Assembly (NCBI RefSeq): GCF_035084215.1
Contig: NC_090328.1
Coordinates: 93,930,001-93,994,000 of the forward strand
Origin: Heptranchias perlo
Taxonomy: Eukaryota
Direction: 5' to 3'
DNA length: 64,000 bases
The first letter of the stretch is position 1. Every line of letters begins with the position of its first letter. Below the pieces are notes generated by a model. It was not told the DNA's origin, did no database searches, and was given only the letters and a program-made list of their open reading frames with translations. The position numbers were made by a program, and so were the translations under genes. Below, piece by piece: positions 1-13,637 of this stretch.

Positions 1-1732
1 ATAAGTACAAGATGATGTTTATCAAATTGCTTTGTTTTCACCCACTGCCAATACATTACCAGGAATTGCTAGGCAGCTAATCTATCGCTAAACCTTCCCC
101 AGTACAGCTCATATCTCACACTCGGACTTGTGTAGCAGCAGGGTGGGGATGTACCTGGCCTCTGCTTCCCAACCTGTAAGGCAATACAGTTGTGAACGGC
201 AACTTAGTAGTGGGATGGACTGAACCTGCATGCTCCGCTTTGCCATGATCCAACATGTTGGTGCTCCAATAACTTGTTTGAGTTAATTCCAGTATACAAT
301 TGCTCTATTACTTTTGGGATTTTTATTTTGATTAATTTTGTGCTCACTAAAGTGCCCTTGGGGAGTGCAACTCTTTCTATTTTGGGCACTCTCAGAACAG
401 GTATATCACATTTAGTTGCTTCCTCTACTTTGCCCCAACAATTTCTCTCAACCCAACCTCAACAGAGCACCCCCGCCCCCCCCACCACCATTGCACATGT
501 AACATTTTTCCATTAGTTATTTGTGAACAATAAGTTGTGGAACACAAACAAATGTATTTACATCAAATAGGAAAATATAATTTCAAATACACCTAAATAA
601 AATCATTCAAGGTCAAAATTATATTTCCATGGTATTAATTTTGTCATTAATTTTTAAATGGATGAATATCAGCTCATTGCTGCTTAAGACATATCTGTTC
701 TGTTCAGCAGAGATCCAAAGTATTAAGCATACTGCAAACTGGTAAATGTGATAAGAGTCTATTCCGTAATCATACATTCTCTGTCCTCTCCCCGCCCATA
801 ATCTTGCAAGGTGTTACCAGCTGTCTCTCGGTTGGTGGTTTATAGCTTTCTTGGTTTCATGCTGACTCATTAGTCACTTTTCATCAGTTTGTTCCAGCAC
901 CCCCCCCCCCACCACCCAGCTCATGATCTCATGACATCTCTATGGTTGTTCCATCAAAAGTGCCCTCTCTTTGTACCTCATAAATCATAATTTTCAGTCT
1001 TTAATTTTATTGCTTATTCCTTATGTTCTCTTACTGCTCATATTCTACACTCTTTTATTTATTTATTTCTTAAATTTAGTTTGTGTTGAATCTCTTCCAG
1101 TGCTGCACATTTCAGTCACTGGGAATTTATTGCATTATTGTATCTCATCGATCTTTGCAAGAATATCCTGTATTTCATAAATGTTTTGTGTAGATACTTA
1201 TCTCCTGAATATTTTTGCTACAGTTGCTTACCTTTTAAATCAGTCCTTGTTTCTTTGACATCAGTTGCTTTGTCAGACATTAATACGTGATCATTGTTTT
1301 ATTTTGAACGATAGATTTTCTGAGCACTCACCCATGCCAAGGTACCTGGCCTGCCATATGCACAGATCAGAAAATCAGAGTTGGGGTTGATTTGGAGTGG
1401 AGAGGGCACACAGCCCACCTTGCTGGAACTCCACCCTGAGGAGGAGAATCTCGGCTTCTATGTCCCATTGCAAAGTGACCTCCAAACATCCTCTCTGATA
1501 TGCATAGTACTTACATATTGTTAATTAAATACTAGGTAGCCCCCTCATTGGAGTAAGCACATTGTAGCAATTACACTCCAAGATCTCTCTTGTATTGCTT
1601 TTGTTATTCTTGTATAGAATATTCCAGAGGGTCAAGAAATAAAAGCAGCTAGTTATTACAACATCAGAACATGACATTCTCAAACACAAAAAGCAAAGAA
1701 CAGACTAACTTCAGAATACTGCATTTATATAT

Positions 1733-2706
1733 TTTATTAATTCATGGGATGTGGGCGTCGCTGGCGAGGCCAACATTTATTGCCCATCCCTAATTGCCCT
1801 TGAGAAGGTGGTGGTGAGCCGCCTTCTTGAACCGCTGCAGTCCGTGTGGTGACGGTTCTCCCACAGTGCTGTTAGGAAGGAAGTTCCAGGATTTTGACCC
1901 AGCGACGATGAAGGAACGGTGATATATTTCCAAGTCGGGATGGTGTGTGACTTGGAGGGGAATGTGCAAGTGGTGGTGTTCCCATGTGCCTGCTACCCTT
2001 GTCCTTCTAGGTGGTAGAGGTCGCGGGTTTGGGAGGTGCTGTCGAAGAAACATTGGTGAGTTGCTGCAGTGCATCCTGTGGATGGTACACACTGCAGCCA
2101 CAGTGTGCCGGTGGTGAAGGGACTGAATGTTTAGGGTGGTGGATGGGGTGCCAATCAAACGGGCTGCTTTGTCCTGGATGGTGTCGAGCTTCTTGAGTGT
2201 TGTTGGAGCTGCACTTGTCCAGGCAAGTGGAGAGTATTCCATCACACTCCTGACTTGTGCCTTGTAGATGGTGGAAAGGCTTTGGGGCGTCAGGAGGTGA
2301 GTCACTCGCTGCAGAATACCCAGCCTCTGGCCTGTTCTTGTAGCCACAGTATTTATATGGCTGGTCCAGTTAAGTTTCTGGTCAATGGTGACCCCCAGGA
2401 TGTTGATGGTGGGGGATTCGTCGATGGTAATGCTGTTGAATGTCAAGGGGAAGTGGTTAGACTCTCTCTTGTTGGAGCTGGTCATTGCCTGGCACTTGTC
2501 TGGCGTGAATGTTACTTGCCACTTATCAGCCCAAGCCTGGATGTTGTCCAGGTCCTACTGCATGCGGGCACGGACTACTTCATTATCTGAGGGGTTGCAA
2601 GTGGAACTGAACACTGTGCAATCATCGGTGAACATCCCCATTTCTGACCTTCTGATGGAGGGAAGGTCATTGATGAAGCAGCTGAAGATGCTTGGGCCTA
2701 GGACAC
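1733..2706 (-). mobile_element. 5'-truncated non-LTR retrotransposon (CR1/Jockey-group LINE, 'family B'), RT C-terminus plus 3' UTR
   Basis: ORF 1790..2485 reads ILGVTIDQKLNWTSHIN...IYKAQVRSVMEYSPLAW...LDTIQDKAARLI, a typical LINE ORF2 C-terminus. Near-identical copies lie at 3880-4220 and 12794-13635. Confidence 0.9.
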
Positions 2707-2799
2707 ATATCATAAATGATGTTACTGTGCACATAAATATTTATAGCAAATGCTTGTGATTAACACTTTGACTACCCCTGGTGCCTCTCTATGCTGTTC

Positions 2800-3590
2800 T
2801 TAAACCTACCCTAGGGTTGCACCTTGGTTCTACCTGAGGGCCAGGAATACCAGTGGTGCTATGATATGCTGTGGTATCTGGAGCCTCTTAGGACTAAGGT
2901 GGACCTTGTCTTTGGGCTTCTGAGACCCAGGCTGTGTTACCACTGCAGGTATGTGGGCAGCCTGGTCCTGTATCCTGACTCCAACATGAGGCTAGGAAGT
3001 TCACCTGAGCTCTCAGTAGCATGACATCATGAAGGCGGACTCTAGCCACCCCAGTTGTGCTGGGTGCTGGCTCTGAGCACCCACTGATCAGGAGGGCAGA
3101 TCTGATTGTGTCAATTAGATCCCGCAGACCCTGAGAGATGTTAACCTGAAGCTCTTGGAAGGTGCTTTCTATTATTCTGTTCAAAACAGTTCCCCAAGAC
3201 ATGGCTAGTGGTCAAAGCATCCACTTTGGTTGCACTGACTAGTCTGGAGACATCTCTGACTGGGGATGGATTGCAATGGTATTGTAAGAGTATTGAATGA
3301 AGGAGTGTCACACATATAAAGAGATTGCCAGGAAGGATAAGGTTGGAGCATGTAGCTTACCTTGGCTGCTTTGGAGGTTGCTAAACTTCTTCCTACACTG
3401 CAAAGGAGTCCTGCGATTCAAGAAAGTGGCCTTCACCTCCACAAAGCATGTATTACATTCTTGCTGGGTCTCCAGCCCAAATATCAAACAGATCATTTAA
3501 CTTGATATCTCCATTAGGAGGACATGTGAATCTGACTCCCTGAAGTTCGCCCCTTGTTTCTTCAATCTAGCTGCTATCCAGTGCTGCTAT
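2800..3590 (-). pseudogene. Old Harbinger-type Myb/SANT gene relic
   Basis: Minus strand reads ...EVKATFLNRRTPLQCRKKFSNLQ then a CAAG|GTAAGC donor at 3361/3360. This matches the motif (QCRKRFNDL) and exon-1 boundary of the younger Harbinger Myb genes in this window. Confidence 0.6.
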
Positions 3591-3879
3591 TTCCACTTTA
3601 ATGAGCGTTAGGTTTTATATCATGCTGCTGCAGCAGGACTCTGCCTGACCGCCAGGTATTTTTCAACCCACATCACCTCTCGCCCCTCTCTCCAACACAT
3701 TTCCCCTCCCATTTCTCCCTCCAGGTACTTTCCAGAACACCCCCTTCTATCCATTCAAGACCCATTTAGGGCCTACCTCCCACCCCTGTACTATTCTACC
3801 TCCATTCCTCGCCGGCACTTCTGAGGTGTTGCAGGCTATTTTACAGTCTAAATGCCTGTGCCTATTTAAATTTTTGTTT

Positions 3880-4220
3880 TTAATTCGTTCATGGGATGTG
3901 GGTGTCGCTGGCAAGGCCAGCATTTATTGCCCATCCCTAATTGCCCTTGAGAAGGTGGTGGTGAGCCGCCACCTTGAACTGCAGTCCGTGTGGTGAAGGT
4001 TCTCCCACAGTGCTGTTAGGTAGGTTCCGGGATTTTGACCCAGCGACGATGAAGGAACGGCGATATATTTCCAAGTCGGGATGGTGCGTGACTTGGAGGG
4101 GAACGTGCAGGTGGTGTTCTCATGTGCCTGCTGCCCTGGTCCTTGTAGATGGCAGAGGTCGCGGGTTTGGGAGGTGCTATCGAAGAAGCCTTTGGCGAGT
4201 TGCTGCAGTGCATCCTGTCG
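3880..4220 (-). mobile_element. Family B LINE 3' fragment
   Basis: Closely matches 1733-2085 along its length. Confidence 0.9.
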
Positions 4221-5162
4221 ATTGTAATTATACTTTGACAGGATCAGCACCGTAACCTGAAGATGAGTCTGCCCAACCTCAGTTCTGAAGATGCAGCAGC
4301 CCCATCAGAATTTCAGGCCCAAAGTCTAACCCCTATTCACTTAAACATGTTGCTGAAAATGCTTTTTGACATGGGTTTCCAAATCCCTTTTCGTACACGT
4401 TTGTTTGAAGGCCAGAGATTCTCAAAGTAAACTGGATTGCAAATCCTTTTGATTAGTTGGTGTAATGTTCATCACTCTTGTATTGGGAGATTTCACTGCT
4501 GGTTTGTTTCATTCCAAATCAGAATATCTGGCTATCTAGTTTTGTTCACTTTTTAAAAAATATTTTTCTCCTCTTATACTTATAAGACAAATTGCCACTG
4601 AAGTGTCAGCTTGAGTCGGGTGGCAATACAAATCTTAATGGTATAAAATGCAAGATTCTGCCATTTGTACATGATATCATTGCAGTGAAAATGACATGCA
4701 GACCTTAACCCTCCTCAAACAACAAAGGGTTTGCTAAAGATTTTTTTAATAAAGGCACTTCCCCATTTTATTGTACTGATCAAAATATTCTCTGAATATT
4801 CTAATGCTATTGTTTTGTTTATGCATTTATACATGATATATTTACCATGGTACATTATTTGTGTAACAGTGAGTAAACAGTTTTGGAGAATCAGTGGAAA
4901 AACATTTATAAGTTAGTGACTGTTGAATTGTGAAACATAAATAGGTAAGCCTGAGCACATGTTCTTTAAGAACACGTCATGAAATAATCCTAAATATATC
5001 AGTTTAGTTTTGCCATCTGAGCCTTGCTCTGAAAATCAAGATGAAGTCCCAATAATAACAATGTAATTACATTGTAATAACACCATAATTACATAAGGTG
5101 ACAGTAATATTTAGGCGTTTATTACACAGTATTTCACTAGTTCTATATAGCTTAAACTATAT

Positions 5163-5895
5163 TGGCCAGATTTTGCTGTGAGCGGCGAACAAACAGCGTT
5201 AGCCGTTCGTTAGACTTGCACTTGGCCATAGACTTTCGATGGGGTTTTGCATGGTAAGTTGCTGTCAGCTAAACAACACAGCGCCCTCTACAGGGCATCT
5301 GGGACCTCTGTGAACAGGGCAAGCACCTGTGTATCTACTTAACCAATCACATTGAAGCATTGTTAATGAACAGCGCTGAGTCTGAACCAGGAAGTGTAAG
5401 TTCAAATCGGGTACAGAAAACAAAATAAAGAGAGGGAAAGAAAGATTTGATTAAAAGAGAGATAAGAGACAAAGAAAACGTTTTTAAAAAATTGTATTTA
5501 CATTAAAAAAAAATCTCCAACAATAATTAAAAGCGGAAGGAATGAGACTCCACTCGTGTAAAAGTTAATTTTCAGTGCCAGAGAGGTTGTTTGGCAGTAA
5601 TTAAAACTTACCACGCTGTTAAAAGAGTACTGAGACTGGAATGGACAAGCACAAACTTTTTGTGGCGAGTGTAGTCCGTATCTACGATGTCAGTACAGGA
5701 ACTTCACTCTGTTCAATACATTTGAATGTGGAGCCAGACGGCGAGATGCCGTTTTCGTTGAACTAACAGAGGTGCAGCGCATCTCGGACACCAACTTCCG
5801 GATTTTCGCGTTTAACTGTGCAAGTGCGCTCGTCTGAAATTGTTGCCCGATTGCGCTGTTGGCCTCACCGTTATTTTCACAGCACAATGCGGCCC
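5163..5895. mobile_element. Non-autonomous TIR element (MITE, Harbinger-like ends)
   Basis: Left end tggccagattttgctgtga matches the reverse complement of the right end, gggccgcattgtgctgtga. Interior is CpG-rich and non-coding; TSD is ambiguous. Confidence 0.7.
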
Positions 5896-6629
5896 ATTGC
5901 GTGGAGACTAGTGACGTTGCAAGGCTGTAATAAAGATCAATGTAACTGTGTAACTTCATTATTTTTGTTGGCCTCCAAAAATATGCTTCATCTCCTGTAG
6001 TTGAAAATCAGAAATGGTTGATATACCTATTTTGATAGCTGTAACGAACATTCAGGATGTACTGAGTTGAGAGGTTATCTAATAACCAAAGATGCAGTTA
6101 TAAGCTGTGCTATCCATAATACAAATATCTTGGGCACAATTTTAAAAGGAATCTTTGGGACGAGGGGGCAAAGGAAATCGTGTTTTTGAGGAGCGGGCAG
6201 AAATCCTGTAACATGCCTGAGAATGCGCTGGACCCAGAGCCATCTGGGTGCGTGTGCCGTTCCCGAACCTGGAAGTCCTGCTGGCAATTAAGTTAATTGA
6301 AGTATTTGAAATGTGCATAAATCTAATTAACAGCGAAGGCAAGCAATTTCAACGCTGCCTCAGCATGTTTCCCATGCTGTGAAACACACCATGGTGAAGG
6401 AGTCGGGTTTCAGCCGACAGCCATTTGGACATTTAAATGCCTGTTTGACACATGAGGATAAAAGGTGAGTTATTGCAGCAGGGCACTCAGTTCTCTCAAA
6501 CAAACTTTTGGCTGGGAGATCTTTGTTTTTAGACTGAAAATTCTTGGTTTCCACTCAAATGGTCTGTTTGCACATATTTACCAACTTTTCAGACCCCCTC
6601 AAATTGACACCATCAGACTGGGGGGTGCG

Positions 6630-7812
6630 ATGGCTGCATTCACCGGTACATCCGAGGACGAGCAACATCACCATGCTTGCCAAGCACGGCATGCAGTTCC
6701 GCCACTTGGAGTTCCACAACACAATGCTGCGCCACAGGGACCTGCACAAGAGCACAGAGCCGAACAAAAGAGGGAGCGACGTCGCAGGAGGCACTACCCT
6801 CGTCAGAGGTTATACAGACCGAGGCTGAGCTTCCTGGACCTCTCTGAGGAGCAGTGCCTAGGGAGGCTGAGAGTGAGTCGCCAGTGGTCACAGACATCTG
6901 CAGTCTCCTTTATGCCAAGTTGCTCCCGGCTGGGCCTGGCGGCATCTCATTACTCGTCGCAGTTAAAGTGACCACTGCTCTCAACTTCTTCACCTCCAGA
7001 TCATTCCAGGGTGCCACCGGGGACATCACCGGGGTGTCTCAGTCGTCTGCACTCAAGTGCATAAGGTAGGTCACTGACGGCTTGTTTCGCAGAGCCTCGC
7101 AATATGTCAACTTCCCCATGGACGACCTCAGCCAGACAGAGAGGGCAGTGGGATTCCACGCTGTGGCTGGCTTCCCACTTGTACAAGGCGGAATAGATTG
7201 CACGCATCTAGCAATCCGAGCACCTCCACACGAGCCAGGACTGTTCATGAACAGAAAGGGTATCACTCCACTGCTCAGCTCGTTTGTGACCACCGCAAGA
7301 GATTTCTTCACGTGTGCCCCAGATTCCTTGGCAACTGCCATGATTCGTTCTTTTGAGGGAATCCAACATCCTGCCCCTCATACACGTTCTAAATACCTTT
7401 AAGGGCTGGCTCCTCGGGGACAGGGGATACCTCCTGCACACATGACTGATGACACCTCTGAGGGACCCCATCAGCGAGCAATAGCGTCGATACAACGACA
7501 GTCACATCGCCACCAGGTCTATAATTGAACATGCGGTAGGGCTGCTGAAGATGCCTTGATCGTTCTGGGGGAGCGCTTCAATACGGACCAGCGAGAGTGG
7601 GTCGTATTATAGTAGTGTGTTGTGTCCTGCACAACATGGTGCAACAGAGAGGGGTACTGGATGATGAGGTCCCATGCCCTCAACCACTATCCACATTTGC
7701 CATCCGCGTTGAGGAAGAGCAGGAGGAGGAGGACAAACCCATGGGCAGAGCAGCGGCTCACCTGGTTGCTTGTGAGACTAGGGAGTCACTCATATCTGAA
7801 CAGTTCTCGTGA
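6630..7812 (+). pseudogene. Harbinger DDE transposase (DDE_Tnp_4 family), frameshifted with stops
   Basis: Motifs across frames: SFLDLSEEQC, VAVKVTTALNFF, GGIDCTH (D), WLLGDRGY (D), IEHAVGLLK (E), IIVVCCVLHN and an acidic tail. Frameshift near 6890 and stop at 7067-7069. Confidence 0.9.
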
Positions 7813-8101
7813 GTTCAGAAAGTGAGAAAAGTCCAGTCCTCACACCACCTGGAAAGACCAGCGCCCCCCCCAAACCCCTGCACAAAACAGTCCTGCAACT
7901 ACACAGTCACCCACTCAGTGGCATCAAGTGTCACCGTTCATGATGAAGCCCATGAAAGGGCGCTATCACAAAAGCCAGTCAAGAATGGGCAAGATGTGGC
8001 AGTAGTGATGAGAATGATAACATTTAATGTGACTTTAACAAAAAAAATATAAATGAAAAACAGGACAGTCTGTCAGACACCCTTGTGCATACCCTTCGTG
8101 A

Positions 8102-10018
8102 TCACACATCCCTAGCTTTTCTCTTCCTACCGCTTCTACGTGGTGCATCCCCTGTGGCTGCAGCAGAGGTAGTGGCAGGTTGCTCATGTTCATGGCTGGA
8201 CTGCTAAGATGTTTTAGGCCTATGCCCTCTGGGTTTTGGAGCCCGTGAGGGTCTCTCCTAAGACTGCACCTGCACCTGTGCAGGGGCAGACTCGTCCACC
8301 TGGAGAGGAGGCAGCATTGCAGGTACTGGTTGAGAGGGGGGCAACGGGTGAGATGTGAGAGCATTTTCAGTGACGTTGCCATTTCCACGTCCCCTTTCGC
8401 CATCATCCCGCTCCTGGACCAGGCCCACGTCACTCCTACCACCCTGCTGGAGAACAGTTTGTAGGATATGTGATGCTTTGGAAGCCCAGTTGTAAAGTTT
8501 CTGTCTGCCTGTTGAAGGCAGCAGAATGTTGTTCACCGTGAGTCTGCACGGCCGTTGTCAGGGCCTGAATGCTCTCATTTGTGAGCTGTGCTTGAAGCTC
8601 AACGGAAGCTAGCCTTCTATCCATCACAGACATTTCCGCAGTAACCTGCAACATTACCTCAGACAGTTCTTCACGTCTCTGTGACACTATCAGAGATTCC
8701 CTCCAGTACCTGTGACGCTATTTCACTAATGCAGGAGTTGGACTCCTCCATCCTCTGCGCTATTGTGGAGAGTGTTCATGGCACCTGTTCCAGTACCTCA
8801 CAAATGTGCTGCTGTCCCTCGATCATTCTCCTTTTAAAGAATGGTCCCCGGGGATCAGCATCTGCATCCAGCTGAGCAGAGCCTGGAGAGGAGTGCGCGT
8901 GCCGACATGGACTCGCCACAAACTGCTGCTACCACCAGTGTCTGCTCGTGCTCACTTGTGTGTAGTGACTCACCAGGTGCTAACCCAATTAACTGACTAC
9001 TAGGACCCACTGAGGTGTGAATATCTGCGCTGGTAGATGGCTCGTTATGATGTGACAGTGCACCCTCAGAGGCTGGGAGCTCCTCTGAGGAATCGCCCGC
9101 TGCCGTCACTGCGGTCGTTGAAGGGCCTGTAAGAGAACAGAAGGCAATATTAAGCATATTTCAGTAGCTGAAGCGAGACATGATACGATGAGAATATTGA
9201 GGTGTTCAACATGCCAAGCATTGTTAACATCAATTCATGTTGTGTGTGATGAATGTTAAAGTTGTGTTACCAGACCTTTGTGGGGTGCCAGTCTCGGCGT
9301 TCCCAACGGACAGGCACTCGAGGGTGTGGCTGATCTGCAGGGCCCCCTCCTCCACGTCTGTGAGGACCACTATTTGTTGTGGCCCCCCCTCCAGTCCTCG
9401 CGCTCTCGTGTGCATTTTGCGCTCTCTTTTAGAAGGGGAGAAAAAATTCAGACGTGTGAGTGAGTGATGGTGAAGTGGCCAAGCGATGAATCCTTTGCTT
9501 TGGGTGAGGCTGACCGTGAAAGAGATGCATCAGAGGGTGAGTATGAGACAGAGTCATCATATTGGATCAGGATTGGGGTGAATGGTAGTGGTGGGGTCAC
9601 AAATGGGGAGGTCAGGAAGTGCAGGTAAGTTGAGAATGAGCCTTAAGTGGGTGTGAGGAATGATGTGATGGAGTAGTCTTGGCAGTGCAGAATGAGTTGG
9701 GGGGTGGGGATGGTGATGTGCACCACAGAATGCAGGAGAATCATTAAATGTACTCGCTTTTACTGACCTAGTTAGGTCATTGAAATGCTTCCTGCACTGG
9801 ACCCAAGTGCAGGATATGTTGCTGCTGCTGGTGACCTCCTCTGCCACCTCGAACCAGACCTTCTTAGTGGCAGAGGCAGGGCACTTCCTCCTATCGGCCG
9901 GGTAAAATAGTTTCCTCCTCCTCCTCACCCTGGCCAATAGCAGCTGAAGTGAGGCATTGTTGAATCTTGGAGCAGCCAAGACCCAAGGTCTTCTTGCTCT
10001 TTGCTGCAGCAAATCCAC
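8102..10018 (-). pseudogene. Harbinger Myb/SANT DNA-binding protein gene, three exons, decayed
   Basis: ORF 9557..10018 reads APRFNNASLQLLL...KKVWFEVAEEVT...TWVQCRKHFNDL. Later exons read GGPQQIVVLTDVEEGAL and GPSTTAVTA..., collinear with copy 2. Confidence 0.88.
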
Positions 10019-10779
10019 TGGAGTAATGGCCCTTTAAATCCAGACGCTCCAGCTGACAGCCTGTCATGCGAGTGCTCAGTCCACCCACTGCGCAGCTTTC
10101 GGACGGCAAACTTGGAAACAAGGCTAAGGGCCACCAATTGAGTCGTGGGGAATGGTAAGGTTTTATTAGTCGGGTTTGCCATGAACCCATTGACCCCCCG
10201 CCCCGCTGCCATCCTGCCGCCCTTTTAAAATCAAGCCCATTGTGTATTGTAGCTGGTGCTCTGTTCTTTGGTAAAGATTGAGATTACAATGACTGCCCGG
10301 TTAAAAATATCTACTTTTGTCAATTCTCTCTCCTCAATTATTGCATTGTTTTCTGAATAATGAAAAGCAACCCAATACATACAGTGCATAATATGCAAAG
10401 GATGTGCTTTGAATAAAGGATGCACCATTTATTTGTCTTCTAAAAAGGTATTCAACATATAATAGCACTTAAAATTTTTCATCAAACAGCTTGTTAAATA
10501 TGCATGTTTGAAGAGCATTTTTCCAAGTTGAAATCCTCTTTGATGCTTTTGTGGCTTACACCCTGTGACCTTATGTTATGAACTATTAAAGTGATTTGGA
10601 AATTAAATGTTTTCATGAATATTACAATAGAATTGTAAATAGACGTCCTCATTCAAATTATTTTTTTGTGTGCATTTATGCTGATCAATACTGTTTCTTT
10701 AAAGCTGATACATCATTTCCAACAAAACCTGGTCTGTGTAACAGTTGACATTAAATAAAGGGTATGTTGTAATTAAGAC

Positions 10780-11640
10780 TTAGAATCATAGAAAATTTAC
10801 GGCACAGAAGGAGGCCATTTAGCCCATCGTGTCCGCGCCGGCTGAGAAACGAGCCACTCAGCCTAATCCCACTTTCCATAGCCCTGCAGGTCACGGCTCT
10901 TCAGGTGCACATCCAGGTATTTTTTAAATGAGTTGAGGGTTTGTGCCTCTACCACCCTCTCAGGCATTGAGTTCCAGATCCTCACCACCCTCTGGGTGAA
11001 AACATTTTTCCTCATTGCCACTCTAATCCTTCTACCAATCACTTTATGTCCATGTTCCCTGGTTACCGACCCCTCCACTAAGGGAAATAGGTCCTTCCTA
11101 TCCACTCTATCTAGGCCCCTCATAATTTTGTACACCTCAATCAAATCATCCTTCAGCCTCCTCTGTTCCAAGGAAAACAACCCCAGCCTATCCCATCTTT
11201 CCTCATAGCTAAAATTCTCCAGTCCTGGTAACATCCTTGTAAATCTCCTCTGCACCCTCTCCAGTGCAATTACATCCTTCCTGTAATGTGGTGACCAGAG
11301 CCATGCGCAGTACTCAAGCTGTGGCCTAACTAGTGTTTTATACAGTTCCAGCATAACATCCCTGCTTTTATATTTTATGCCTCGGCTAATAAAGGAAAGC
11401 ATTCCATATGCTGCCTTAACCACCTTATCTAACTGTCCTGCTACCTTCAGGGATCTGTGGACGTGCACTCCAAGGTCCCTCACTTCCTGTACACCTCCCC
11501 GTGTCCTCCCATTTATTGTGTACTCCCTTGCCTTGTTTGCTCTCCCCAAATGCATTACCTCACACTTCTCCGGATTGAACTCCATTTGCCACTTTTCTGC
11601 CCATCTGACCAGTCCATTGATAACTTCCTGCAGTCTACGG
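10780..11640 (-). mobile_element. CR1 LINE 3' fragment (ORF2 C-terminus, 3' UTR, ATTCTATG-type tail)
   Basis: ORF 10863..11585 reads FNPEKCEVMHLGR...RDLGVHV...LYKTLVRPQLEYC...ERVQRRFTR. Tail tagaatcatag at 10781. Confidence 0.93.
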
Positions 11641-12793
11641 CTTTTCTGTTAGCTCAGCTCAGCTTAGCTTATGTTACAGTTGTACTACTGTTGACCTGCC
11701 AAAATAATCTGTTTTTAAAAAAATTTATTCCCTACATTTAAAAAAAAATAAAATCAAGAAATATCTTTGTTACTGATCCACCACTGTCATTTCTGATAGC
11801 AGTTGGCTGAAGAAACTGGAGATGTACATTCTCGTATGCACCTGATCCCCTCTCCCCCCACCTGAATTTCCATGCAGTGCATCATGCAGAGAAAGTTTAA
11901 CTACCACATCTGTGACCACATGTAACCCTTAGAGTACAGAACCTCACAGGTCTGAAAGTCCACGAATTGCATCCCTGATCTCATCATTTATAAGTGATAG
12001 ACTTCAACTATTACAACAGCTTACATTTCTATAGTGCTCCTCGTATCAAAAGATACAGGTCAGAGTGCAATGTAGAGTTGGTGGATATCTCCACCTTGTT
12101 AAATGGATGAGATGGCCACCAATATAAAATGGCACCTCAACATGCCCAGAATCAACATAACGCTGAATGAAATCAAACCAAGAATCTCTGACCAACTGAC
12201 TGGAAAAAAGACAGTTGTAACAAAGTTCAGTTGATACATATCAACTTTAGGATCTTGAAAATCACTTGTACAATAATAATTTGAAGCTGCTGAAACTCCC
12301 AGAGTGGAGGGTATGCCCCTTTTTGGAGCTTTCTTCCATAGGTGTTGAAATTAACACTGAGCAATATTCCTTTTTGCATCATTTTCTGGACTTTTCTAGA
12401 ATTGATCTAGAACAAATACCAATTCCAAAACCATTATTTCACCATCTTGAACTAAGTTACTCCCTTCTCAGTAACACAAAAAAGTAAGATATTGGAATTC
12501 ACTGAGGTGAGATGAATCAGAGCTCAGCAAACTTGAAAGGGTCAGGAAAAAACCAGAAGGAATGTTGGTTGTTGTACATGAAGTCCCTTGCTTATCTCCA
12601 GTGACCATGAGGGATGAAAGTAGTGCACCTTCATTCCAGCCAAGCACTGAGGTTCTGTATTTTTTTAGAAGACTGAGTTTCAAATAAGCTGATTATAAAA
12701 ATATATATATATACACTTATGCAAATTCAGCTCCTTATTTAAGAAACTGCTACTGAAGTGGTTCATTTGATAGCAGACTCACCTTTGAAGTTC

Positions 12794-13635
12794 CAGATAA
12801 TGAAGCAGTCCGTGCCCGCATATAGCAAGACCTGGACAACATCCAGGCTTGGGCTGATAAGTGGCATGTAACATTCGTGCCAGGCAATGACTATCTCCAA
12901 CAAGAGAGTGTCTAAACACCTCCCCTTGACATTCAACGGCATTACCATCGCCGAATCCCCCACCATCAACATCCTGGGGGTCACCATTGACCAGAAACTT
13001 AACTGGATCAGCCATATAAATACTGTGGCTACAAGAGCAGGTCAGAGGCTGGGTATTCTGTGGCGAGTGACTCACCTCCTGACTCCCTAGAGCCTTTCCA
13101 CCATCTACAAGGCACAAGTCAGGAGTGTGATGGAATACTCTCCACTTGCCTGGATGAGTGCAGCTCCAACAACACTCAAGAAGCTCGACACCATCCAGGA
13201 CAAAGCAGCCCGCTTGATTGGCACCCCATCCACCACCCTAAACATTCACCACCGGCGCACCGTGGCTGCTGTGTGTACCATCCACAGGATGCACTGCAGC
13301 AACTCGCCAAGGCTTCTTCGACAGCACCTCCCAAACCCGCGACCTCAACCACCTAGAAGGACAAGAGCAGCAGGTATATGGGAACACCACCACCTGCACG
13401 TTCCCCTCCAAGTCACACACCATCCCGACTTGGAAATATATCGCCGTTCCTTCATTGTCGCCGGGTCAAAATCCTGGAACTCCCTTCCTAACAGCACTGT
13501 GGGAGAACCTTCACCACACGGACTGCAGCGGTTCAAGAAGGCGGCTCACCACCACCTTCTCAAGGGCAATTAGGGATGGGCAATAAATGCCGACCTCGCC
13601 AGCGACACCCACATCCCATGAACGAATAAAAAAAA
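12794..13635 (+). mobile_element. Family B LINE 3' fragment
   Basis: ORFs 12887..13090 and 13127..13573 match 1790..2485; ends atgaacgaataaaaaaaa. Confidence 0.9.
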
Positions 13636-13637
13636 GT

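Larger units (their letters stand above)
6132..10238 (+). mobile_element. PIF/Harbinger DNA transposon, copy 1 (full-length, decayed)
   Basis: TIRs gggcacaattttaaaagg and ccttttaaaatcaagccc; 3-bp flanks ctt/att (2 of 3 match). Carries convergent transposase and Myb/SANT genes and aligns end to end with 49275-55527. Confidence 0.93.

Noticed and set aside
6630-7812. Domesticated HARBI1 or NAIF1 host genes
   Set aside because: The genes are multi-copy, TIR/TSD-bounded and disrupted by stops and frameshifts, so they are transposon copies.
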